A DNA stretch of 64,000 nucleotides from an uncultured Thermoleophilia bacterium (lineage in GTDB: Bacteria; Actinomycetota; Thermoleophilia; UBA2241). The notes beneath the pieces were generated by a model. It saw only the letters and a program-made list of their open reading frames with translations. It was not told where the DNA came from and did not search any database. Where the stretch lies: positions 192,001 through 256,000 of the forward strand of contig CAVQSP010000014.1 of the NCBI GenBank assembly GCA_963715985.1, in the 5' to 3' direction. A program made the position numbers and the translations under genes. Of the stretch, positions 10,564 through 20,063 are shown in pieces (the first letter of the stretch is position 1; each line of letters starts with the position of its first letter).

Positions 10564-10797
10564 ATGCCCCTGTACGACTTCAGATGTGACGACTGCGGCG
10601 AGGTCTTCGAAGTGAGCGCCCCCTTCGCGGAGCTCGAGCAGCGGTCCGTGTGCCCGACGTGCGGCGGGCGCCACACCTCGCGCGTGTACGGTGCCGTGCT
10701 GCTCGGCGGCAAGCGCACGAGCGTCAAGCCCGAGAACTTCGTGCGTCCGCGCGGGCCGGTGACGCCGCAGGGCCCGGCCAAGCCGCGCAAGCCTTAG
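10564..10797 (+). CDS. FmdB-family zinc-ribbon protein
   Basis: MPLYDFRCDDCG...CPTCGG; TAGGCT 6 nt before ATG. Confidence 0.9.
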   Translation: MPLYDFRCDDCGEVFEVSAPFAELEQRSVCPTCGGRHTSRVYGAVLLGGKRTSVKPENFVRPRGPVTPQGPAKPRKP

Positions 10798-13523
10798 GCC
10801 GGGGCGCCGGCGCCGGCGCCGCGTCGCCGGGCGCACGGGGCCCGGGCGCGCAGACGCTCGGGCGCGCCAGGCTCGGGCGCGTGCTCGGGGAAGAGGACCT
10901 CGATCTCGCGCAGCCGCGCCGCGATGCGCCGCCGCAGGTCCTCGTCCGCCTCCTCCGCCAGCCAGGCGGTGAGCGCCTCGTGCTCTTCGGGGTCCGGCGG
11001 CTGCACGAGCTCGCGGAGGAACGGGTGCACGTACGGCCGCGACGTATCGACGGTGAACAGCGCCGCGTCGCGGGCGCGCGTGACGCCCACGTACACCACG
11101 CGGCGCTCCTCTTCGATCTCGGCCGGCTCCCAGCGCGTGACGTCGCAGTCGTAGTCCGGGATGACGACCGAGTGGTACTCGCGGCCTTTGGCGGCGTGGA
11201 CGGTGCCGATGACCACGCGGTCCTCGCCGGACTCCTCGCGGGCCAGCGTGTCGTCGGCGGTGCCGGCGTGCGCCACCTCGTCGGCGAGCAGGCGGTCCCA
11301 GGCCGCGAGGAAGGAGTCCGGGTCCGGGCGCGCCTCGGCCAGCAACAGCAGGGCGTCGAACACCTGCAGGGGGCCGGCCCCGTCGCTGCCGCCGTCGGGG
11401 TCCGCTGCCGCGCTCCAGAAGGCCTCGAGGCCGAACTCGTCGACGATCGCCCACACCAGCACGCCGGCGGTGAGCGGCTCACCGGTACCTGATGCGGCGC
11501 GGCGGGCGGCGCGCAGGGCCGCGCCGAGCTCCTCGACCTGAGCCGCGAAGTCCGAGAGGGGTCGCGGGCTCACGGCCGGTTCGTGCGCGGCGCGTTCCTT
11601 GAGGGCGTGCCACGGGCGCGCCGACGCGCCGATCGCCTCCACGGCGGCGGCGCTGACGTAGCGGTTGGGCCGGTTGATGAGCGCTCCGAGCTCCGCGCCC
11701 GCCGCCGTGTCGGGCGCTTCGACCAGGGCCAGATAGGCGCGCAGCAGCCGCGCCGCCGGGTGCGTGAACAGGCGGCAGCCGAGCGTGGGCGTGCGTGGGA
11801 TGCCGGCGTCGTCGAGGGCCAGCGCCACGAGCAGCTGCTGCGAGCGGTACCGGCACAGCACGGCGAGGTCGCGCCACGCGCAGCCGAGGCGCGTCTTCTC
11901 TGCGCCCAGGAAGTCGCAGAGTGCGGCGGCGCGCTGCGGCCACGCGGGCGCGCCGGCAAAGAGCACCGCACCGTCGTGGGCGTCGCAGCGCGGGTGGATC
12001 TCCTTGGCCTCGCGCACGGCATTGTTGGCCACGAGGCGGGCGCCGGCCTCGACCACCGCCCGCGAGCAGCGGTAGTTGGTGCCCAGCGTGTAGGTCGCGG
12101 ACCAGGGCGGCGGCGGCTCGCGCCGGTGGAACTCCAGGATGCCCCGCGGGTCGGCGTGCCGCCAGCCGTAGATGAGCTGGTCGTCGTCGCCCACCACGAA
12201 GAGTTCGCGGCCGGGGCGCGACAGCACGTCCACGAGTGCCAGCTGGGCGCCGTTGAGGTCCTGGAACTCGTCCACGAGGACGTGTTCGAACTGCTCCTGC
12301 ACGAAGCGCCGGCGACCGGGGTGGGCGAGCAGGTCCACGACGGCGAAGTAGATCTGGTCGTCGAACGACTGACGCCCGGCCGCCCGCTGGGCGCGCAGGT
12401 AGCACTCGTGCGTGCTCGCGAACGGCAGGGTGAGCACCGGCTGGTCGCCCGTGGAGTCGACGGCGATCTCTACTCCGGCGGGATCCTCGAGCGCTGCCCG
12501 CACGCGCGTGAGGCCGTCCAGGAAGGCGCCCACAGGGTCACTCCCTCGGGCCGGCTTGATGGTGGCCGGCGAGACGCCCGATGACTCCATGGCGCCTCTC
12601 ATCAGGGCACGCAGCCCGCTGCCGTCCAGGTCCACCGTGACGTGCCCCCCCATCACCTGGCGCTGGTAGCGGTAGCCGAAGGCGTTGAAGGTGGCACAGT
12701 GCACGCCGGCGTGCGCGGCTGCGTCGCCCCGGCGCCGCACGCGCCCGTCGTCCCTCGGGTGCCCGAGGCGGCGCGTGGTGGGGACGCCGAGGGCTGCGAG
12801 CCGCTCCTCGAGCTGTTCGGCCGCCTTGCGGTTGAAGGCGAGCAGCAGGATGGAGGCCGGGTCGGCGCCGCGCCGGACGAGCTCGTCCACGCGGCTGACC
12901 AGGGTCTTGGTCTTGCCGGAGCCGGCGGGAGCGAGCACGCGTGCCGGCCCGCGGGGGTGCCGGACGGCAGTGCTCTGCGCCTCGTCCAGTCCGGCGGCGC
13001 CCGGGCCGCCGTGGCGCGGGCCCGCGGCGACCGAGGCGCCTCGCCGTCCGACCCCAGGCGGGCGCCGCAGGCCCGTATGGACCGGCAACGCCGGTGCCGT
13101 CCCTGCGCCGAGCAGCCTCCCGATGTCCTCGACGTCCAGTAGCGCCCGCTGTGAGAGCTCGAGCGGGCGCGGCGCCAGCACCTCCGGCCCGAACGGGAAC
13201 CCGATGCAGTACGGCAGGCCGCGGCGCACGAGCGGGTGTACGAAGCGCAGCAGGACGGTCTGCGCCTGGGCGGCGAGCTCGTCCGCCGTGCCCTCCCAGA
13301 ACCACAGCCCGACGGCCGGCTCGCGGTGCCCGCGCAGTCGCGGCGCCGCGGGCTCGCCGGGGTCCTCGGTCCACGATCGTCGCCAGGCGAGACGTCGCCC
13401 CGGAGCGGCCATCGCGCCGCGCCGCACAAGCTCGCGGCGGCCCGGCACGTTGAAGAGCACGAGCTTGGGCCCCGCGCACTGCGCGGCGCCGCCTGAGCCT
13501 TCTGCATCCCCGTGACCGTCCAC
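10794..13523 (-). CDS. UvrD/REP superfamily-1 helicase with extra N-terminal region
   Basis: APAGSGKT, LAFNRKAA, VDEFQD, VGDDDQLIYGWR, NYRCS, TVHAAKGRE, EERRVVYVGVTRA. Confidence 0.93.
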   Translation of the reverse strand: MDGHGDAEGSGGAAQCAGPKLVLFNVPGRRELVRRGAMAAPGRRLAWRRSWTEDPGEPAAPRLRGHREPAVGLWFWEGTADELAAQAQTVLLRFVHPLVRRGLPYCIGFPFGPEVLAPRPLELSQRALLDVEDIGRLLGAGTAPALPVHTGLRRPPGVGRRGASVAAGPRHGGPGAAGLDEAQSTAVRHPRGPARVLAPAGSGKTKTLVSRVDELVRRGADPASILLLAFNRKAAEQLEERLAALGVPTTRRLGHPRDDGRVRRRGDAAAHAGVHCATFNAFGYRYQRQVMGGHVTVDLDGSGLRALMRGAMESSGVSPATIKPARGSDPVGAFLDGLTRVRAALEDPAGVEIAVDSTGDQPVLTLPFASTHECYLRAQRAAGRQSFDDQIYFAVVDLLAHPGRRRFVQEQFEHVLVDEFQDLNGAQLALVDVLSRPGRELFVVGDDDQLIYGWRHADPRGILEFHRREPPPPWSATYTLGTNYRCSRAVVEAGARLVANNAVREAKEIHPRCDAHDGAVLFAGAPAWPQRAAALCDFLGAEKTRLGCAWRDLAVLCRYRSQQLLVALALDDAGIPRTPTLGCRLFTHPAARLLRAYLALVEAPDTAAGAELGALINRPNRYVSAAAVEAIGASARPWHALKERAAHEPAVSPRPLSDFAAQVEELGAALRAARRAASGTGEPLTAGVLVWAIVDEFGLEAFWSAAADPDGGSDGAGPLQVFDALLLLAEARPDPDSFLAAWDRLLADEVAHAGTADDTLAREESGEDRVVIGTVHAAKGREYHSVVIPDYDCDVTRWEPAEIEEERRVVYVGVTRARDAALFTVDTSRPYVHPFLRELVQPPDPEEHEALTAWLAEEADEDLRRRIAARLREIEVLFPEHAPEPGAPERLRARAPCARRRGAGAGAPA

Positions 13524-13704
13524 GACGACTCACGGTAGCGGCCGGACGTGCCGCGCACGAGGGTGACGAGGGTGGACGTTCACGTCGCCGGCGGCTCGCC
13601 CGTCTCCGGTGCTGGCAACGCGCGGGTCGGAGTGGGGACGGCGCACTGGTGGCTCCCCGATGCCTTGCGGGTACACTGAGGCGACGATGAAGGGGGGATG
13701 GACG

Positions 13705-14835
13705 ATGAACGAGGGAGCAGACGGGTCAGGAGGTGCCGGGCAGCCTCAGCGCGTGGATGGACCCACCGAGGAGGTCACGCTCGCGCGCGTCGTGGAGGAG
13801 TACAAGGTGCTGGTGGAGACGAGCGCCGCGTTCGCCGTCAGCACGGCGCTGGACGACACGCTCACGCTCATCACGCGGCTGGTCGCGGAGCGTCTCGACG
13901 TGGCCTGGTGCGACCTGTACGACTACGACGCGGAGGCCGACGAGTTCGTGGTCACGGCCTTCTCCCGGCAGCCAGACATGGACGCCGACACGTCCACGTG
14001 GCTCGGTATGCGCTACGACGCCGAGAACTGGCCGGACCTGTGGGAGTGCGTCGCCGAGCGGCGCGCCGCCATCCTCTACCGTGACGATCCCGACCTCCCG
14101 GCGGAGCAGCGCGCTCTCATGGACCAGTGGGGCGAGCTCGCCAACATCAGCGTGCCTCTCGTCTACAAGAACGAGGTCACCGGCCTCATCGACATCGGCG
14201 AGTGTCGCGCGATGCGTCGCTGGTCCGAGGACGACGTCCACGTAGTGCAGGCCATCGCCGACCAGGCCGCCATCGCCATCGCTAACGCGCGGGCGTACGC
14301 GCGGCTTGCCGAGCAGGCCGTCACCGACGAGCTCACCGGGCTCCTCAACTTCCGCCACTTCATGGAGCACCTGCGGCGCGAGGTCGCCAGGGCGCGCCGC
14401 TACGGCCAGGACGTCTCGGTGCTGGTCGTCGACCTGGACGGGTTCGGCCTGTTCAACCAGACGTTCGGCCGCGAGCAGGGCGACACCGTCCTCGTGGAGG
14501 TCGCCGACATCCTCCGCGAGGTGACGCGCGGCCAGGTGGACGTGGTCGCGCGCTACGCAGCCGACGAGTTCATCGTCATCCTGCCGCAGACGCGCGCCAA
14601 CGAGCCCTTGCCGCTGACCGCGCCGGTGGTCGCCGAGCGCATCCGTGAGGCCGTCGCGGCGCACCGCTTCAAGGGCGTGGGGGACGAGCGAGACGTAGCC
14701 ATGACCGCGAGTATCGGCGTCGCCGGCGTCGGGCTGGGCGGGTACTCGGCCGAGGAGCTGCTGAGCTGCGCGGACAAGGCCGCGTACCTCGCCAAGCACG
14801 ACGGCCGGGACCGCGTGGTGGTCTTCGGCGCGTAG
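13705..14835 (+). CDS. GAF + degenerate GGDEF domain protein
   Basis: GAF domain; TDELTGLLN; signature ARYAADEF; alternative start 13687. Confidence 0.9.
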   Translation: MNEGADGSGGAGQPQRVDGPTEEVTLARVVEEYKVLVETSAAFAVSTALDDTLTLITRLVAERLDVAWCDLYDYDAEADEFVVTAFSRQPDMDADTSTWLGMRYDAENWPDLWECVAERRAAILYRDDPDLPAEQRALMDQWGELANISVPLVYKNEVTGLIDIGECRAMRRWSEDDVHVVQAIADQAAIAIANARAYARLAEQAVTDELTGLLNFRHFMEHLRREVARARRYGQDVSVLVVDLDGFGLFNQTFGREQGDTVLVEVADILREVTRGQVDVVARYAADEFIVILPQTRANEPLPLTAPVVAERIREAVAAHRFKGVGDERDVAMTASIGVAGVGLGGYSAEELLSCADKAAYLAKHDGRDRVVVFGA

Positions 14836-14862
14836 GCCGGGCCGTCCTCGCGCACGCCCGGC

Positions 14863-15594
14863 TCAGCTCTCGGGCTCTTCCTCCCCCAGAGGGACGGTCG
14901 CCCGCGTGGGGATCGCGTAGTAGACGCTCACGAAGACGAACACGGCGATCGACGCCCAGGCGCTCACGAAGGACAGCCCGAAGGCGGCCAGGTACACGAC
15001 CGGGGCCACGGCGTACTGGCGCGTCACCGCCCTGATGGTCTCCGGGTGGACGTCCGGTTCCAGCAGGTGCCCCCCGCGACGCGCCCAGTACCAGAGCGCG
15101 TTGTAGCTGATCGCGATGTAGAGGGACACGACACAGTACACCTGTGCCGCCACGCGGCCTCCGGGATGGGTGAGGTGGCTGGCGAGGATCTCGGTGGTGA
15201 ACGGGATCACCACCACGCCCATCAGCACCAGGCCGTTGAGCAGCAGGAAGACGTGGTCCACGCGGCGGATGAGGCTGAAGATGTTGTGGTGGCTCGCCCA
15301 CATCACGAGGATCGTGAAGAAGGACATCAGGAAGGCCACGTAGACCGGCCACTGGGTGAGCAGCGCATGTCGCAGCCCTGCCGCGGTGGCCACCTTCTCA
15401 TAGGTGGGCACGGCGAGGGCGAACACCAGGAGCGTGACGGCGATGGCGAAGACCCCGTCGCTGAACGCCTCGACGCGGCTCGTCTCCCGCAGGAGACGCG
15501 TGGCCGTGCGCTGCGGGGAGGTGTCCTCGACCTCGAGCTCCTCGAGGTCACAGAAGGCGTCGTCCGCCGGGCGGTGGGGAGTGTCGGCGCTCAT
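14863..15594 (-). CDS. TMEM175-family potassium channel
   Basis: RVEAFSDGVFAIAVTLL, WASHH, IPFTT; about 6 TM helices. Confidence 0.9.
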   Translation of the reverse strand: MSADTPHRPADDAFCDLEELEVEDTSPQRTATRLLRETSRVEAFSDGVFAIAVTLLVFALAVPTYEKVATAAGLRHALLTQWPVYVAFLMSFFTILVMWASHHNIFSLIRRVDHVFLLLNGLVLMGVVVIPFTTEILASHLTHPGGRVAAQVYCVVSLYIAISYNALWYWARRGGHLLEPDVHPETIRAVTRQYAVAPVVYLAAFGLSFVSAWASIAVFVFVSVYYAIPTRATVPLGEEEPES

Positions 15595-15609
15595 GACGGG
15601 AGCGTACCA

Positions 15610-15649
15610 GATGGGGCGGCGGGCGCTCGCGAGCGCCCGCCGCCCCATC
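15610..15649. repeat. Perfect 40-bp palindrome with no spacer
   Basis: GATGGGGCGGCGGGCGCTCG|CGAGCGCCCGCCGCCCCATC. Confidence 0.95.
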
Positions 15650-15721
15650 CGTCCGCGGACCAAGCACCCCCCGCGCAGTGAAGAGGTCATCGAGCTGCTC
15701 GGTCTCGACTGGCCTGACCTC

Positions 15722-16660
15722 ATGCCGGGCTGGGAGCAACGCACGGCCGCGTGGGACGACGAAGACGAGCCGCGCACGCGCACGTTCGAGGACGACGTGC
15801 GTTTCCTCTCCGACCTCCAGGACACGGCGTACGCGCGAAGCAGCCCGATCGTGCGCGCCCGGACCTTCGCCGGGTATCCCGTACGCGCGGCCGGGGCGCC
15901 GCCGGCGTCGCTGTACGCCTTCTTCGGGGGCGACGTAGAGCTGCGCCCCGGGCAGACGGAGCTTCTGCGCGTGCTCGGGAGGGCGGCCGCCGTGGAGGGG
16001 TCGCGTCGGCTCGCCGACGAGCAGCGTGTCAAGGGTCTGGCTCAGCTGGAGTGCGCCATGGAGCGCACCGTGGCCACGCTCTCGAGCGCCTTGGGCGCGC
16101 GCGACCCGTACACCACCGGGCACGAGGCCCGTGTGGCCGCCCTGGCCACGGCCATCGGCCCGGAGACGGGCCTCTCCGGCGAGGAGCTGCGGCTGCTCGA
16201 TCTCGCCGCCACGGTGCACGACATCGGCAAGATCGTGGTGCCGCCCGAGTTCCTCAGCAAGCCCACGCGCCTCTCGCAGGCCGAGTTCGCCGTCATCAAG
16301 CAGCACTGCAGGGCCGGCGACGACCTTCTCCAGCCCGCGGCCCTGCCGGACAGGGTCATGGACGCGGTGTTGCAGCACCACGAACGGCTCGACGGCAGCG
16401 GGTACCCGCAGGGCCCCGGCGGTGACGAGATCGGCGTGTTCGGCCGCATCCTGGCCGTGGCCGACGTCACCGAGGCGATGTCGTCGGACCGGCCCTACCG
16501 GCCGGCGCTGGGTGTCGAACCGGCCCTGGCGGAGATCGAGCGCGGGCGCGGCACGCTCTTCGATCCCGCCGCCTGCGACGCCTGCCTGAGCCTGTTCCGC
16601 GAACAGGCCTTCGGCTTCCTGCAGGAGGCCGCGCTCAGCGGGCCGGCACGCGCACCCTGA
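15722..16660 (+). CDS. HD-GYP cyclic-dinucleotide phosphodiesterase, N-terminus possibly truncated; start uncertain
   Basis: RDPYTTGH, HDIGK, HHERLDGSGYP, AVADV, RPYRPA. Confidence 0.85.
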   Translation: MPGWEQRTAAWDDEDEPRTRTFEDDVRFLSDLQDTAYARSSPIVRARTFAGYPVRAAGAPPASLYAFFGGDVELRPGQTELLRVLGRAAAVEGSRRLADEQRVKGLAQLECAMERTVATLSSALGARDPYTTGHEARVAALATAIGPETGLSGEELRLLDLAATVHDIGKIVVPPEFLSKPTRLSQAEFAVIKQHCRAGDDLLQPAALPDRVMDAVLQHHERLDGSGYPQGPGGDEIGVFGRILAVADVTEAMSSDRPYRPALGVEPALAEIERGRGTLFDPAACDACLSLFREQAFGFLQEAALSGPARAP

Positions 16661-17657
16661 GGGCCCGCTCCACCAGCTCCACCGCCACCGGCACGTCGCC
16701 GAGTGCCTCCCCGTCCACGTCGAGCGGGAAGAGGCCCGCACGTGGCCGCCGGGCCGGCGGGTCGGCGGGCTCCATGGTGAGGGACCGGCACGAGAAGTGG
16801 CTCACGCCGGGCTCGTCGGTGTGCGTGCCTGCGTACACGGTGAGGAAGCGGCCCACGAGCCGCCAGCGCGTGCGCGTCTCGAACGCCACGACCTCCAGCA
16901 GGCCGTCGTCCGGCCGCGCCATGGGCGCGATGCGCATGCCGCCTCCGAACGTGGTGCCGTTGCACACGGCCACGGCGTGGCTGTCCAGGATGCGCTCCTC
17001 GTGGCCGCCGCCGGGGAGCCCGACCCGACAGCGGAGGCGGATGCGGCGGCACACGACGATGCCGCGAAGGGCGGCCTGGCCGTAGGCCACGCGGCCGCCC
17101 ACAAAGCGCGGGGCAGCGGCCGCGTACCGGTCCACGAGGCCGCCCACGCCGGCCGAGAGGACGTTGAGCCAGTAGCGCTCCACGGGGCGCCCGCCGGGGC
17201 CGGCGAAGCGGGCCACCCCGACGTCCACCGCGCGTTCGGCGCCGCCCGCGATGGCGGCGAGGCACGCCTCCACGCGCGGGGCGATGCCGAGCGTGTGGCC
17301 GAAGTCGGCGCCGGTCCCGGTGGCGATGAGGCCGAGGGTGGGGAGGAGGTCCGGGCCGGCGCCGGCGGCGCCGGACGGCGCGAGCCGCCGGCGCGCGCGC
17401 ATGACGCCGTCGGCGACATCGCTGAGCGTGCCGTCACCGCCGACGCTCACCAGCAGCGGGCGCCGCTCCAGGGCGGCGGTCTCGGCGAGGCCGGAGGCAG
17501 CGCCGGCGGATGCGGTCGCCGCCACGTCGACGGGGCCGACCGCCGCGCGCAACGCCTCGAGCACGTGCGGCAGGTCGCGGCCGGTGCGGCCGCGACCTGC
17601 GCTGGGATTCACGATGACGAGCGGGCGCCGCGCCTCTGTGCAGTCCGACGAAGGCAT
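16635..17657 (-). CDS. Diacylglycerol/lipid kinase family (YegS/BmrU-like)
   Basis: IVNPSAG, GGDGT, GTGADF, FGGGMRIAP, DGLLEV, LDVDGE. Confidence 0.92.
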   Translation of the reverse strand: MPSSDCTEARRPLVIVNPSAGRGRTGRDLPHVLEALRAAVGPVDVAATASAGAASGLAETAALERRPLLVSVGGDGTLSDVADGVMRARRRLAPSGAAGAGPDLLPTLGLIATGTGADFGHTLGIAPRVEACLAAIAGGAERAVDVGVARFAGPGGRPVERYWLNVLSAGVGGLVDRYAAAAPRFVGGRVAYGQAALRGIVVCRRIRLRCRVGLPGGGHEERILDSHAVAVCNGTTFGGGMRIAPMARPDDGLLEVVAFETRTRWRLVGRFLTVYAGTHTDEPGVSHFSCRSLTMEPADPPARRPRAGLFPLDVDGEALGDVPVAVELVERALRVRVPAR

Positions 17658-17838
17658 GTGACGGACGCTACCAGACGGCGCCCCTCGCGTCAGGGGACGG
17701 TCTGCGCCGGCTCACGCGCGGGCCGGCGCGGGCGTCCGCGGGGCCGTGGCGCTCTCTCCATTCCGGCCGCCTCGCGACTCCGGCCGTGCAGGGATTCCGT
17801 GCTGCGGCCCCAAATAGGCACGGGATGTCTGAGGCGAG

Positions 17839-18447
17839 TTGCAGAGCGAGGTGGAGCATCCGCACGCGGTGGCGCGCGTCGAAGCGATGAGCGATGGCGT
17901 GTTCGCCATCGCGATCACGCTGCTCAGTCTGCAGCTGGCGATCCCGCTCCGCAGCGACCTCGGCGCCGCCCTCGTCGAGCTGGTCCCCGACTTCTTCGCC
18001 TTCGCGCTGAGCTTCGCGGTCATCGGCTCGTACTGGGTGTCCCACCACAGGCTGTTCGCGGCCGTGGTCCGCTACGACCGGCGTCTCGTCTGGCTGAACC
18101 TCCTGATGCTCTTCTTCATCGTCCTGGTGCCGTTCACGACCTCGGTCGTCTCCGAGCACGGTAACGAGCCTCTGGGCGTGCTCGTGTACGCGGGCTCTCT
18201 CATCGGCGCGGGGCTGGCGAGCGCCGCCCTCACCGCGTACATCTTCGTGGGCCATCGCATGTGCGCGGCGTCCGTGACGTCGCGCCGCGTGCGCTATGCC
18301 CTGGTGCGGAGCCTGGTGGTGCCGGCCTACTTCGCCGCCTCGCTACTGCTCCTGCTCATCCCCGGCGCCGCCGGGGACGTCACCATGACGTGGGTCGGCA
18401 TCCCGCTCGTGACGTTCTTCGTGGCGCGGCACTACCGCGAGGTCTGA
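17839..18447 (+). CDS. Second TMEM175-family channel
   Basis: RVEAMSDGVFAIAITLL, YWVSHH, VPFTT. Confidence 0.88.
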   Translation: MQSEVEHPHAVARVEAMSDGVFAIAITLLSLQLAIPLRSDLGAALVELVPDFFAFALSFAVIGSYWVSHHRLFAAVVRYDRRLVWLNLLMLFFIVLVPFTTSVVSEHGNEPLGVLVYAGSLIGAGLASAALTAYIFVGHRMCAASVTSRRVRYALVRSLVVPAYFAASLLLLLIPGAAGDVTMTWVGIPLVTFFVARHYREV

Positions 18448-18591
18448 CGGGCTCTTCGCGTCGTCTCGTCGCGGCGGCGCGAACTTCGCCCAAGCTGGGC
18501 CGCCCTGTTTGCCGAGATTCGCGCCTCTGGCGGGGGGCGGAGGCTGGTGCTAAGAATGACGTTCGACCCCCTCGATCTGGAGGCTGACTGC

Positions 18592-20046
18592 ATGACGGCC
18601 ATGGAACGACCGCCGCTCGAGCCGCTTGAGCCGGCGTTCACCTTTCGGTATCACTCGACCGAGCAGCTCGACCGCCTGAAGCAGGCGACCCTCGACATCC
18701 TTGAGACCACCGGCGTGCGCTTCCAGAGCGAGAAGGCTCTGGACATCCTCGCGGAGGCGGGCGCGGTAGTGGACCGCGAGAGGCAGGTCGCCAAGTTCCC
18801 GCCGGAGCTGGTGCTCGAGGCGATGGCGAAGGCGCCGCGGCGCTTCGGCCTCGGCGCCCGCGACGCCGGCTGCGACATCCCCGTCGGGGACGGCAAGACC
18901 TACTGCACGACCGACGGCTCCGGCACCGAGATCATCGACTTCGACACGCGTCAACGGCGCCTGTCGACGAAGGCCGATGTGGCCGACGTCACGCGCCTCC
19001 AGGACGCGCTCTCGAGCATCGCCTTCTGGTGGCCGACGGTCGGCGCCGGCGACTGCGGCGAGACGGCACAGCTGCATGAGCTGGACGCGGGCTGGAACAA
19101 CACGGTCAAGCACCTGCAGGGGTTCGTGCAGGGCGAGCGCGCCGCCCGCTACGCCGTCGAGATGGCGACCGTCGTCTCCGGCGGCGCCGAGGAGCTGCGC
19201 CGCCGGCCGGTGCTGAGCGACCTCATCGGCACCATCTCCCCGCTGGCGATCGACAAGGACGGGATCGAGGCGGCACTCGTCTTCGCCGAGGCCGGCGTGC
19301 CCGTCTGCTGGGTGACGGCGCCGACGCTCGGCACGACGGCGCCGGCGACGAAGGCCGGCGCCTACGCGCTCGGCTCCGCCGAGCTGGTCGCCGGCACCGT
19401 CGCGCTCCAGCTCGCCAGCCCCGGCGCCCCGGTGCTGCACTTCATGATGCAGAGCTGGGCCGATCCGCGCACCGGCGAGTTCGTGAGCTTCCCCCAGGAC
19501 GGCCGCGTGCGGGCCCTCGCCACGGAGCTGGCGCACCACTGGGGCGTCCCGGCCCAGTCCGCCGCCTGCGGCACCGACTCGCCGGTCCCCGGCACCTGGC
19601 AGGCCGGGGTCGAAGAGGCGATGGACTTCGTGCAGGCCGCCCAGGAGGGCTCCGACCTGCTGCCGAGCATCGGCCTGGTGAACGTGTACACGCTCTTCTA
19701 TCCGGAGCACCTCATCCTCGGCGACGACATCTACCGTCGCGCCCGCTACGCGGTCATGGACATCGGCTTCGACGACGAGTCGCTCGCGCTCGAGGCGATC
19801 GCCGACGTCGGGCCCGGAGGGCACTACCTCGGCCACAAGCACACGCGCCGGCACATGCGCCAGGCGGTGACACCGGCGATCACCCACCAGCCCGGCCCGG
19901 GGGGCGGGTTCCGCGACCCCGTCGAGGTCGCCCGCGAGCGCGCCGAGGAGCTGTGGCGCGACTACCGGCCGGAGCCTCTCGAGGCGGACAAGGCGGCGGA
20001 GCTCACGAGGATCCTCGCGGCCGCCGACGCCGAGCTGCTCGGCTGA
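18592..20046 (+). CDS. MttB-superfamily (trimethylamine:corrinoid methyltransferase-like), non-pyrrolysine
   Basis: ATLDILETTGVRF, ISPLAID, APATKAG, VGPGGHYLGHKHT; no internal TAG. Confidence 0.9.
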   Translation: MTAMERPPLEPLEPAFTFRYHSTEQLDRLKQATLDILETTGVRFQSEKALDILAEAGAVVDRERQVAKFPPELVLEAMAKAPRRFGLGARDAGCDIPVGDGKTYCTTDGSGTEIIDFDTRQRRLSTKADVADVTRLQDALSSIAFWWPTVGAGDCGETAQLHELDAGWNNTVKHLQGFVQGERAARYAVEMATVVSGGAEELRRRPVLSDLIGTISPLAIDKDGIEAALVFAEAGVPVCWVTAPTLGTTAPATKAGAYALGSAELVAGTVALQLASPGAPVLHFMMQSWADPRTGEFVSFPQDGRVRALATELAHHWGVPAQSAACGTDSPVPGTWQAGVEEAMDFVQAAQEGSDLLPSIGLVNVYTLFYPEHLILGDDIYRRARYAVMDIGFDDESLALEAIADVGPGGHYLGHKHTRRHMRQAVTPAITHQPGPGGGFRDPVEVARERAEELWRDYRPEPLEADKAAELTRILAAADAELLG

Positions 20047-20063
20047 GACGAGGGGGCCGTTCC

